Positions 10,007 through 17,951 of a stretch of DNA of 49,453 nucleotides are shown here, in pieces. Within the stretch, counting starts at the first letter, position 1. Every line of letters starts with the position of its first letter. A program made the position numbers and the translations under genes. This DNA is from Flavobacteriales bacterium (GTDB lineage: Bacteria; Bacteroidota; Bacteroidia; Flavobacteriales_F; PHOS-HE28), in assembly GCA_017998165.1 (NCBI GenBank), contig JAGODO010000001.1, positions 1 to 49,453 on the forward strand, in the 5' to 3' direction. The notes under the pieces were generated by a model. It worked only from the letters and a program-made list of their open reading frames with translations, had not been told where the DNA came from and ran no database searches.

Positions 10007-11215
10007 TCAGCTTTCACCGTGCCGGTATTCCAGCTTCGGAAGGAAGGCTGCCAGGAGGCCGAGCAAAGGCAGGAACGAGCACACATGATAGACGAAGTCG
10101 ATGCTCGTGCGGTCGGCCAGTTCGCCAAGCACCGCCGATCCGATGCCCGCGATCCCGAACGCGAAACCGAAGAAAAGTCCGGACACCAGGCCGATCCTTC
10201 CGGGCAACAATTCCTGCGCGTACACCAGGATCGCCGAGAAAGCCGAGGCGATCACCAGACCGATGATGATGGAGAGCACCGTGGTCCAGAACAGATCGGC
10301 GTAGGGCAAGGCCAGCGCGAATGGAGCCGATCCAAGAATGGAGAACCAGATGACCGGCTTGCGTCCATAACGATCGCCGAGCGGTCCACCCAGTACAGTG
10401 CCCACGGCCATGGCGAAGAGCAGGAAGAACAGGTGCATCTGCGCAGCTTGGACGGCGAGGTGGAAACGGTCCATGAGATAGAAGGTGAAATAGCTGCCCA
10501 AACTCGCGGTGTACACATGCTTGCTGAAGATGAGCGCCAACAGAACGGCAACGGTGATGGCGACCTTTCGCCGAGGCAGATGTGAACGTTGGGAGCCCGC
10601 TCCCTTCCGGGTCTTCAAACGTTCCGGGTGGTGGCGATACCACACGCTCACGCGCCAAAGCACGGTGATGGCCACCAGGGCGATGGCGGCGAACCAGGCG
10701 ATGCTGCTCTGCCCATAAGGCACGATGATCAACGCGGCGAGCAGAGGGCCGAGCGAGGACCCGAGATTGCCCCCGACCTGGAAGATCGATTGGGCCGTGC
10801 CCCGTTTTCCACCCGATGCCAGGCTCGCGATGCGCGATGCCTCCGGATGGAAGACCGCGGAACCGAGCCCCACCAGCGCCACCGCGAACAGGATCCCTCC
10901 CAAGTCACCTGCACGCGAAAGCAAAAGCAGGCCGCACAGTGTGCTGCCCATGCCCACCACCAGCATGAAAGGCACCGGGCGCCTGTCCGTCCATGCGCCC
11001 ACCACCGGCTGCAGGATGGACGCGGTGATCTGGAAGGTGAAGGTAATGAGCCCGATCTGGGCGAAGCTGAGATGGAAGCTCTCTTTCACCAGCGGATAGA
11101 TGGCCGGGACCAACGACTGTATCGTGTCGTTGAGCAGGTGCGAGAAGCTGATCGCGATGAGTATCGGGAAGACCGTGCGTTGGGTTTCCTTCCGGGCGGT
11201 CTCGGCGGGTGTCAT
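10007..11215 (-). CDS. MFS transporter, Fsr (fosmidomycin-resistance)-like
   Basis: 12 TM helices. The N-terminal SFSHLLNDTIQSLVPAIYP motif is typical of the Fsr subgroup, and WTDRR is in loop 2-3. The ATG at 11215 is preferred over the GTG at 11245. Confidence 0.75.
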   Translation of the reverse strand: MTPAETARKETQRTVFPILIAISFSHLLNDTIQSLVPAIYPLVKESFHLSFAQIGLITFTFQITASILQPVVGAWTDRRPVPFMLVVGMGSTLCGLLLLSRAGDLGGILFAVALVGLGSAVFHPEASRIASLASGGKRGTAQSIFQVGGNLGSSLGPLLAALIIVPYGQSSIAWFAAIALVAITVLWRVSVWYRHHPERLKTRKGAGSQRSHLPRRKVAITVAVLLALIFSKHVYTASLGSYFTFYLMDRFHLAVQAAQMHLFFLLFAMAVGTVLGGPLGDRYGRKPVIWFSILGSAPFALALPYADLFWTTVLSIIIGLVIASAFSAILVYAQELLPGRIGLVSGLFFGFAFGIAGIGSAVLGELADRTSIDFVYHVCSFLPLLGLLAAFLPKLEYRHGES

Positions 11216-11328
11216 CAGTGGGGCGAAGATCGCTCGCAGGAACACGATCAGGAGCCGGGCCCTCCCTATGGCCCAACGTTGATCGTGCCATGCTTCGAAG
11301 CGGGATCCGGCATACCCATCTTCGCACC

Positions 11329-11787
11329 ATGCGCATCATCGACTACGCGCCCCGCTACCAAGCCGATCGGAAGCGCATCAATGTGGCGTGGATCGCCGAG
11401 CGCTTCGTTGTTGAGGACGTTGACCTGGAAGTGCTGGACCATCCCGATGAGAACATCCTCTCGAAGGGAGGGCACATCATCCTGGCCATGGAAGGCGATG
11501 AGGTCGTCGGCACCTGCGCCTTGCTGCTCCATGCTCCGGGCGTCTATCAGATGGTGAAGATGGCCGTGGATACCCGCTCGCGCGGAAAAGGCATCGGACG
11601 CGCCCTCGGCTTGGCGATCATCGAGAAAGCCCGGCAACAAGGCGCACGAATGGTGATGCTCTATTCCAACCGCGCCGGTGCCATGGAAGCGATCGACCTC
11701 TACCTCAGGCTTGGTTTCATGGAACTCCCATTGCCCACGAAAGCCTACGCGCGCGCCGATATCTACATGGAACTGGAATTGAGCTAG
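11329..11787 (+). CDS. GNAT family N-acetyltransferase
   Basis: Motif A: MAVDTRSRGKGIGRALGLAIIEKA. Length about 152 aa from the internal ATG. Confidence 0.8.
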   Translation: MRIIDYAPRYQADRKRINVAWIAERFVVEDVDLEVLDHPDENILSKGGHIILAMEGDEVVGTCALLLHAPGVYQMVKMAVDTRSRGKGIGRALGLAIIEKARQQGARMVMLYSNRAGAMEAIDLYLRLGFMELPLPTKAYARADIYMELELS

Positions 11788-11832
11788 CGGCAGGCAGGTA
11801 CGTCGAAGACCTTGGTCTCCGATCTTCGCCGC

Positions 11833-12597
11833 ATGAGCATCCGCATCGGAAAGATCCTTGTAACCGCCGCCATCCTGGTATTCGGTCTACAAGAGTTGCT
11901 GAACATGTGGCGCCAGACCGGCGACGCGATGAGCGTTGCGGTGACCGGGTTCATCAACCTTGTGCTCGCCGGGCTCTTGCTGCGCAGTGCCTTGAAACGG
12001 CCTGACCCTCTGGTTGCTCCTCCACGTGGCTGGACCATCTTCTGGAACGTTCTTGGTGCGCTTTGCGCGCTGAGCTTGATCGGGAACCTGTTCGGACTGG
12101 GAAGGCCGCCCGCAAAGCACCGCATCACCGTGAATGGCTTGACCATCCCACTGGACAAGTGCGTAGAGGGTTCGGTGCGCATTTCCAAGGAACCCGCCGA
12201 GCGCCTCGCGTTCTGTACGTGTACAGCGACCAAGCTCGCCGAACTCGAAGGAGTCTCCACCGTTCATGAACGGGCGCTGGAAAGCGGCCGCTTGGATGAG
12301 GTCATCGAAGATCTGCAACGCGAACAGAAGGTCGACATGAAGCCTTTCGCTGATTGTCTGGCGAACTCGGCGGGCTCGCGGTGGACCCTGGTGATGTCCG
12401 AACGGGTCAGGGCCGAATGCCTCGCGCGCATTGCAGCGGACAGCTCCTATCAAGATCTCGTGGTCTCCAAGTTCTGTGATTGCCTCGCCGAGAAAGTCAC
12501 CCGCTTCTCCCCGTCCGAAGTGGCGTCCTGGGATCCGGACACGACAGGGGTCGCCATCCAACTACGGGCGGAATGCGCGGAGCTTAGCCGCAAGTGA
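11833..12597 (+). CDS. Hypothetical membrane-anchored protein with repeated Cys-containing motifs
   Basis: Three N-terminal hydrophobic helices are followed by a soluble domain with recurring xFC(T/D)C and xxECLA motifs. I recognise no family. Confidence 0.5.
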   Translation: MSIRIGKILVTAAILVFGLQELLNMWRQTGDAMSVAVTGFINLVLAGLLLRSALKRPDPLVAPPRGWTIFWNVLGALCALSLIGNLFGLGRPPAKHRITVNGLTIPLDKCVEGSVRISKEPAERLAFCTCTATKLAELEGVSTVHERALESGRLDEVIEDLQREQKVDMKPFADCLANSAGSRWTLVMSERVRAECLARIAADSSYQDLVVSKFCDCLAEKVTRFSPSEVASWDPDTTGVAIQLRAECAELSRK

Positions 12598-12630
12598 TCG
12601 CCTTGCATGCACGTCCCCGGTTTGGTCGCG

Positions 12631-13557
12631 TCATGAGCTCGCCAGCACCAACCGTGCCTTCTCCTTTCCGAGACGGATCGTCGCGATCGCACCGGAGTTG
12701 AACTTGAGATGGTCCGCAGCGATGCCATCGGAAAAGATCACGCCCTTGTCCGGCATCAATGACGTGATGGTGATCTCCTGCCCTGCTTTCAATCTGCCTG
12801 TAGTGACGGCGATGCCCGAGCGCCGGCTCTGGAACGGCTCGCGCACCACGAACTGGAGTTCATTCTCCCCGAGTCCTTTCGACTTTCTGGCCTTTTCCTG
12901 CGGACCCCGAAGGAGGCCATTGGCCATGTTGTACATCGAACTCAGCCAGCCCGTGCTGCCAGAGCGCGTGGATACCAGGATACCCGATGAGCTCTGCTCC
13001 TCTTCTTCCGCTCCGAACGTGATGCGGTAACGCGCCGAGGTATGATCGCTGATACCGATGAAGAGGTCGTTGAAGGCGAGCAACCGCTGGCCGTCGTTGA
13101 GGCGCGCTTCAGCCAAGGACGCATCGCGGTGCATGTAGGCGCCAGCGACCACGCGTTCCACGGCAGCAAGACAGGTCGCGGAATTGAAAGGCAGCAGCAC
13201 ACCGTCGTAGCGCTCGGGGTCCGGGTTCACGCCGATCATGGGACGGCCGCCGACGTACTTCGCTGCGTTCGCCAGCAGGCCGTCCTGACCGATGGTGATC
13301 ACCACCTGATCGTCGCTGAAGATGAACGACGGCAGGAAGGCGCGCTCCACCACCTTGTTCTTGATCGTCCGCGCCAAACTCCGCTGCACCTCGTCCAACG
13401 CGGTGTGGAATGCGTCGTGTTCGCGCTCGTAGTCCGTGAAGTCGCCACCGTTGCGCTCGATGTAGAAGCGTGCCTGCGACCGCGTGTTGAAGCGTTCCAC
13501 GAGCATCTCCAGCCGCGTGCGGCCCCGAACGATGATCGCGTATTCGATCCGCGTCAT
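12631..13557 (-). CDS. Divergent NAD kinase-fold (NADK/DAGK/PFK superfamily) protein
   Basis: NADK motif I is degenerate: VITIGQDGLL instead of GGDGT. The motif III equivalent is ILVSTRSGSTGWLSS, versus the TPTGSTAY consensus. The start ATG overlaps the upstream SPFH stop (ATGA). Confidence 0.65.
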   Translation of the reverse strand: MTRIEYAIIVRGRTRLEMLVERFNTRSQARFYIERNGGDFTDYEREHDAFHTALDEVQRSLARTIKNKVVERAFLPSFIFSDDQVVITIGQDGLLANAAKYVGGRPMIGVNPDPERYDGVLLPFNSATCLAAVERVVAGAYMHRDASLAEARLNDGQRLLAFNDLFIGISDHTSARYRITFGAEEEEQSSSGILVSTRSGSTGWLSSMYNMANGLLRGPQEKARKSKGLGENELQFVVREPFQSRRSGIAVTTGRLKAGQEITITSLMPDKGVIFSDGIAADHLKFNSGAIATIRLGKEKARLVLASS

Positions 13558-14570
13558 TTCTTCTCCTCCTTGCGCAGCAGCTGCTCCAGCAATTCGGGAC
13601 TGATGTTCAGCGTGCCCACTTTCCCTGCGTTCTCCGCCAGCTCGCGGAAGGCCATGGCGATGTTGGAGCGCGCGTCCTGTTCACCGCGCAAGGCCATCAG
13701 CATGCGCCAGTCCATTTCCTTGTAGGGCTTCAGTGTGGTCTCCAGTACGTAGCCCTGCGCATCGGCCTCCTTGCGCTCGTTCGCCGTCTTCTGGTCGATC
13801 AACATCTTGCGCTGATCTTCCACCGCGATGTCCGCCTGCACCTTCAGTTCGCGCAGCTTGCGTTCGTTCTCGGCCTTCTGCACGTCGCTCTCCATCACCT
13901 TCTCAGCGATCTGTTTGCGCTTCTCCTCAACCGCGATCTCCGTGTTCAGCTCGCTTTCCTTGATCTTCCGCTCCTGCTCCACAGCGAAGTTCCGCCGCTC
14001 GTAGATGGCCTGGTCCGCTTCCTGCTGCAGCAGTTCGCGCGTCCCTGTCTCCAGCGCCCGCGCCATTTCCGGCGAGGCTTTCACCGCCAGCACATTCACG
14101 GAGAGCACCTCCACCCCTAGCGCCGCGATGGCCGCTGAGCCCTTGATCCCCGTGCGGATCTGCTCCTCGATGGCCTTCGCTGAACGGATCGCGTCCTTCA
14201 GCCCGATGCCGTGGATGTAAGAAGCGGTGGCCGTCTGCGCCTCGTTGATGATGCGCTGGTTCAGCTTCTCCAGGTCGTTCTTCTTGTAGATGCCCCGGCC
14301 GTCCACGGTGAAGTCGAGCAATAAGGCGAGCTGCTTGGCGTCGGCCACTTTGTAGCTCACCTGGCCTTGGATGGAGATGCTCTGGTGATCACGCGTGGTC
14401 TCCGCGAAGATGAAGGGCAGGTCGTTGCTGCCCAACGGGATCGCCGCGATGGAGCTGCTGGGGGCGAAGTAGAAGAAGGACAGGCCCCTGCCTTCCTGCA
14501 CCACTTGGCCGTTCTTGTAGTGGATGACGTGCGTCATCGCGTCGAAGCTGATGTACTTGATGCCGAACAT
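13554..14570 (-). CDS. SPFH/band-7 (flotillin/stomatin-like) domain protein with long coiled-coil tail
   Basis: The N-terminal SPFH-like core runs FYFAPSSSIAAIPLG...GVEVLSVNVLAVKASPEMARALE. It is followed by a Glu/Lys/Ala-rich heptad region (ERKIKESELNTEIAVEEKRKQIAEK...). Confidence 0.8.
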   Translation of the reverse strand: MFGIKYISFDAMTHVIHYKNGQVVQEGRGLSFFYFAPSSSIAAIPLGSNDLPFIFAETTRDHQSISIQGQVSYKVADAKQLALLLDFTVDGRGIYKKNDLEKLNQRIINEAQTATASYIHGIGLKDAIRSAKAIEEQIRTGIKGSAAIAALGVEVLSVNVLAVKASPEMARALETGTRELLQQEADQAIYERRNFAVEQERKIKESELNTEIAVEEKRKQIAEKVMESDVQKAENERKLRELKVQADIAVEDQRKMLIDQKTANERKEADAQGYVLETTLKPYKEMDWRMLMALRGEQDARSNIAMAFRELAENAGKVGTLNISPELLEQLLRKEEKK

Positions 14571-14665
14571 GCGCGGAAGGTAACGGGATGGCCGGGATCA
14601 GGGCTGGACTGGAATGCTGTCCGCAGATGACGCGGATGACACAGATGGAATGCGGCTGCCGCGCT

Positions 14666-15382
14666 TCAGGCTCCGGGGCGACGAAGAATGAACTTGCGCT
14701 GAACATTCTGACGAACATCCATACACAGCAATACGCCATCGAGGACCGGCCCGGTCTTCGACAGCAGCTTCAACACCTCGTTCGCTTGCAGGCTGCCGAT
14801 CACCGCGCAGGTGGTGGGCATGATGCCGGTATTCGCGCAGTTGAGCAACGCATCCGCGTAGAAGGCCGACAAGTCAAAGGCCTCGCGCAGGTGGAAGCCC
14901 CGCAGATGGTGGAGCACGGTGACGTAGCCCTCCCATCCCTGCGCGGTAGCGAAGGCCAGCGGAATGCGGTGCCCGCCGCAGGCAGCGTCGATGGCGAAGC
15001 GCGCTTCCAGGTTGTCCGTGCAATCGCAGACCACATTGCGGTCGGCGACCATGTGCGCCAGTACCTCGGTGAACGGCTCGGTGATGGCCTGGATACGGAC
15101 ATCCGGGTTCTGGATCTTCAACCGTTCGGCGAGCACGGCCGCTTTGAATGCGCCGACATCTTCATGTGCGAATTGGAACTGCCGGTGCAGGTTCGTCACG
15201 TCCACACGGTCCGGATCCATGATGGTGATCGAGCCGACACCAGCAGCGGCGAGCAACGTGGCAACGGACGTACCCAAGCCACCAGCACCGATGATCAGTA
15301 CACGTCCGTCGAGCAGCTTCGCCTGGGCTTCTTCACCGAAGCCTTCCACCGCGATCTGCTGCGTGTAGCGCGCCCCGCTCAC
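14666..15382 (-). CDS. ThiF/MoeB/HesA-family E1-like adenylyltransferase (short form, no zinc CxxC pairs, no rhodanese domain)
   Basis: Motifs present: RYTQQI, the Rossmann loop LIIGAGGLGTSVA, MDPDRVDVTNLHRQ, VCDCTDN, and the crossover-loop Cys region NCANTGIMPTTCAVIGSLQANEVLK. The GTG start overlaps the TGA of the upstream ORF (GTGA). Confidence 0.85.
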   Translation of the reverse strand: MSGARYTQQIAVEGFGEEAQAKLLDGRVLIIGAGGLGTSVATLLAAAGVGSITIMDPDRVDVTNLHRQFQFAHEDVGAFKAAVLAERLKIQNPDVRIQAITEPFTEVLAHMVADRNVVCDCTDNLEARFAIDAACGGHRIPLAFATAQGWEGYVTVLHHLRGFHLREAFDLSAFYADALLNCANTGIMPTTCAVIGSLQANEVLKLLSKTGPVLDGVLLCMDVRQNVQRKFILRRPGA

Positions 15383-17949
15383 TTCCGGTTGATCTGTGAA
15401 GTGATGGTACGGTCCGTGATCTTGTCGTCCTCAGCGAGCAGAAAGGCTTTGGAAATGATCACCGATAGACCAGAGTCACCTTCGAACGGCAGGAACAGGT
15501 TCTGTGTCGGCGCTTTGCTGCGGTCCGGTACGATGCACAGATACTGGTCGTTCGGCTCCATCAGGATGTTCGTGCTTCCAAGGTGGATCTTGTAGGTGCG
15601 GATCTTGCCTTTCACCACGAGGAATTTGTCCTGGATGCTGGAGACCTTGGCGATCTTCAAGCGCGGTAACAGGCCGGTGAGGATCTCCTTACGCGTCTTC
15701 GCCACTTCACCCAGATCACCGAAGGAGTAGCTCTGCCAATAGTCGCGGTAGCCCGGCAATGCGCCACCGCTGTCCTGCCATTCGGGATCGTTGCCCACGC
15801 TGGCCACGCCCACGAAGAGGTCCACATCGCGCATCACCTCACTGAAAGCCACCACCGGAACATCCACCAGGTCCATCGGATCCTCGTAGCCGATGCGCCC
15901 GAAACGCACCTGGTCCGTGGCCATGTAGGTCCAGATGCCCGTGTCGTTCGTCGCACCATCGGCGTTCACCTCGTTCAACCAGAACTGCGCGCCGATGCCG
16001 TGATCGGGCAGCGAAACGCTCGCCCATGACCCGTCCTGCCCGTTGTCGAATGCGCCCTGCAAGGCGTACTTCCAGCCGCGGGCCTTGGCCAGCGAGTTGA
16101 ACTGGTGCTGCTTGAGCAGATGCGCTGCCATGCGGTTGCTGTAACTGCGCGTGTTCATCTCCGCGTCCGTCAGCAGATACACCTCTCGGTACGCCTGTTT
16201 CAGCGGTTGGCGGATCTCACGCGCCATCATGAACTCGCGCCATGTGCGGACATCCGCGACGCTCGCCGTGGCTGGATGCCAAAGCGAAACGGACATCGTA
16301 TCCATCGGCGTGAAGGCGTCACCCTTCATGGTCGTCCATGCGCCGTCGACAAGGATGGCAGGCATGATGCGTTCTCCGTCATGGAAATTCCAGATGATGC
16401 GATTCGCCAGGAAGCCGAGCAGTCCATGTTCCACGAAATGCTCCCGGAAGTATGGCATTGCCATAACGCGCGTGCTCCGGAACATCCGGTCGATGCGGTC
16501 GCGCTGCGCGGTGGTGCCCAGGTCCACTTGCTTTACCGCGTCCTTCATCTTCTTCAGCTTGGCGGCGTGGCCTTCCTTCACCGCTGCGGGCACCGATTTC
16601 TGGGGCGTTCCATCGGGCTTCCGCCACTCCAGTTCGCTATCGCCGGGACCGGTCACGGTGAGCGTGGCGGTGTAGCCGTCGAAGTCCCATGCGCGCGACC
16701 CGTCCTTCAATCCCAGGTCATCGCAGGCCTGATCCTCGATCTCGTACACCGTGATGCCCTTGTCCGCCGCCGCTTCCGCGAGGTACCTATCGATCAGTGC
16801 CACCGTGCTGCTCTGCTTGATGCGCAGTTTCAAGCGGCTCAATTGCCCGATACCGTCCAAGCCCTTCGAGCGAAACAAGGTGAAGAGGCACGCGTTACCC
16901 ACAGCCATCGCGGCAGGGCCTTGTTGCGGGATCTTCCGGAAGCTCCGTTCCGCCAGTGCCGCAACCGTGGTGATCGTGCGCGCATCATGGAAGTGCGCGC
17001 ACATCCACACCAGACCCTTCAGCAGATCCATGCTCTGCGTGTGCAGGAACTCCGTGGTGGTGTAGGTCTGCTCGCGTCCGTTGTAGCGGTGAACGTGTTC
17101 CGTGGTCTTTTCCTTCAGTTTGATGACGAAGTCGAACCAGGTCATCACCTGTTGCTTGAACGCGTCCGCGCCCGGGCCGTCGATCAGGGTGCGGGATGCC
17201 GCGAGGTACTTCTCGCTCGGCTTGGATCCGCTCGCTTTCATGGCGTGGCCCAGGATCGGGTACCATTTGTCCCGCAACTCCGGTGACATCGCTTGTACCG
17301 CACTGTTCACTTCCGGAACGAACGGATCATCGCCTTTGATGAGCACCGGATGCACCTCGCCTTCCCCCGCCGGTCCCGCGATGATGGCGTTGATGCGGTC
17401 GATCAGCTTGATCCGCTCCTTCTCGCTCGAATAGTTGGTCGATCCGTTTACCGTGATCCGCGTCGCGATCAGCGTCGCGCGCAGTCCATCCGAAACGGGC
17501 TTCGCCTTGTGCTGGCGTTCGATGTGCGTGAACAGCATCCCGATCGGCCACGATAGCAAGTTGACGTTTCCCCAACGGCCGTGGGTCGAGAACGTGTCCA
17601 ACAAGCGCGCGACATCCGCGTCGTCCACTACCAGCGACGCCCGAAGTACCTGTTGCACCAAGGCGATGCGGAACTCATTCCGCATGTGGTCATCACTACC
17701 GAATGTGATCGAACGCCTACCGCTCTGCCATTGATGGGTGGCGCGAGCCAAGTAGTCGAGCAGGTCAACGCGCTTCTTGTCCGGCCACGTGGACACTGCT
17801 TCCGTCCAGGCCTTCATCGACGCGACCTTCAGGCCCGCATAGTTTCCACCGTTGGCCCGATGTTCCGCTTCCAGGTCGGCGATCACCCGATCATATTCCG
17901 GATGACCGCCCAAGCCGATGGCGCTCTTCAGTTTGTCCAGCAATCCCAT
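15379..17949 (-). CDS. Large (856 aa) uncharacterised protein, DUF4132-like (MolR/YehI-type) C-terminal two thirds
   Basis: Coding is clear: it is translationally coupled on both sides. The segments HGLLGFLANRIIWNF, WHPATAS...REIRQPLKQAYREVYLLTDAE and KIRTYKIHLGSTNILMEPNDQYLCIVPD...LFLPFEGDSGLSVIISKAFLLAEDDKITD match my recollection of DUF4132-containing proteins. I saw no E2 HPN-Cys or JAMM motif. Confidence 0.55.
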   Translation of the reverse strand: MGLLDKLKSAIGLGGHPEYDRVIADLEAEHRANGGNYAGLKVASMKAWTEAVSTWPDKKRVDLLDYLARATHQWQSGRRSITFGSDDHMRNEFRIALVQQVLRASLVVDDADVARLLDTFSTHGRWGNVNLLSWPIGMLFTHIERQHKAKPVSDGLRATLIATRITVNGSTNYSSEKERIKLIDRINAIIAGPAGEGEVHPVLIKGDDPFVPEVNSAVQAMSPELRDKWYPILGHAMKASGSKPSEKYLAASRTLIDGPGADAFKQQVMTWFDFVIKLKEKTTEHVHRYNGREQTYTTTEFLHTQSMDLLKGLVWMCAHFHDARTITTVAALAERSFRKIPQQGPAAMAVGNACLFTLFRSKGLDGIGQLSRLKLRIKQSSTVALIDRYLAEAAADKGITVYEIEDQACDDLGLKDGSRAWDFDGYTATLTVTGPGDSELEWRKPDGTPQKSVPAAVKEGHAAKLKKMKDAVKQVDLGTTAQRDRIDRMFRSTRVMAMPYFREHFVEHGLLGFLANRIIWNFHDGERIMPAILVDGAWTTMKGDAFTPMDTMSVSLWHPATASVADVRTWREFMMAREIRQPLKQAYREVYLLTDAEMNTRSYSNRMAAHLLKQHQFNSLAKARGWKYALQGAFDNGQDGSWASVSLPDHGIGAQFWLNEVNADGATNDTGIWTYMATDQVRFGRIGYEDPMDLVDVPVVAFSEVMRDVDLFVGVASVGNDPEWQDSGGALPGYRDYWQSYSFGDLGEVAKTRKEILTGLLPRLKIAKVSSIQDKFLVVKGKIRTYKIHLGSTNILMEPNDQYLCIVPDRSKAPTQNLFLPFEGDSGLSVIISKAFLLAEDDKITDRTITSQINRK

Positions 17950-17951
17950 CG

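Noticed and set aside
14571-14665. Terminator or promoter in the 95-nt gap between the E1 gene and the SPFH gene.
   Set aside because: Only weak 5-bp inverted repeats are present (TCCGC-7 nt-GCGGA) and there is no U-tract. There is no recognisable Bacteroidota TAnnTTTG -7 box. I left this undecided rather than annotating it.
15379-17949. Possible hidden E2 or JAB/JAMM catalytic site in the 856-aa protein (HVH at about aa 285, HFH at about aa 322, four Cys residues).
   Set aside because: There is no HPN-x(6-8)-C arrangement. The HxH sites lack the downstream S-x-x-D and the upstream Glu of the JAMM motif. This cannot be excluded without structure prediction.
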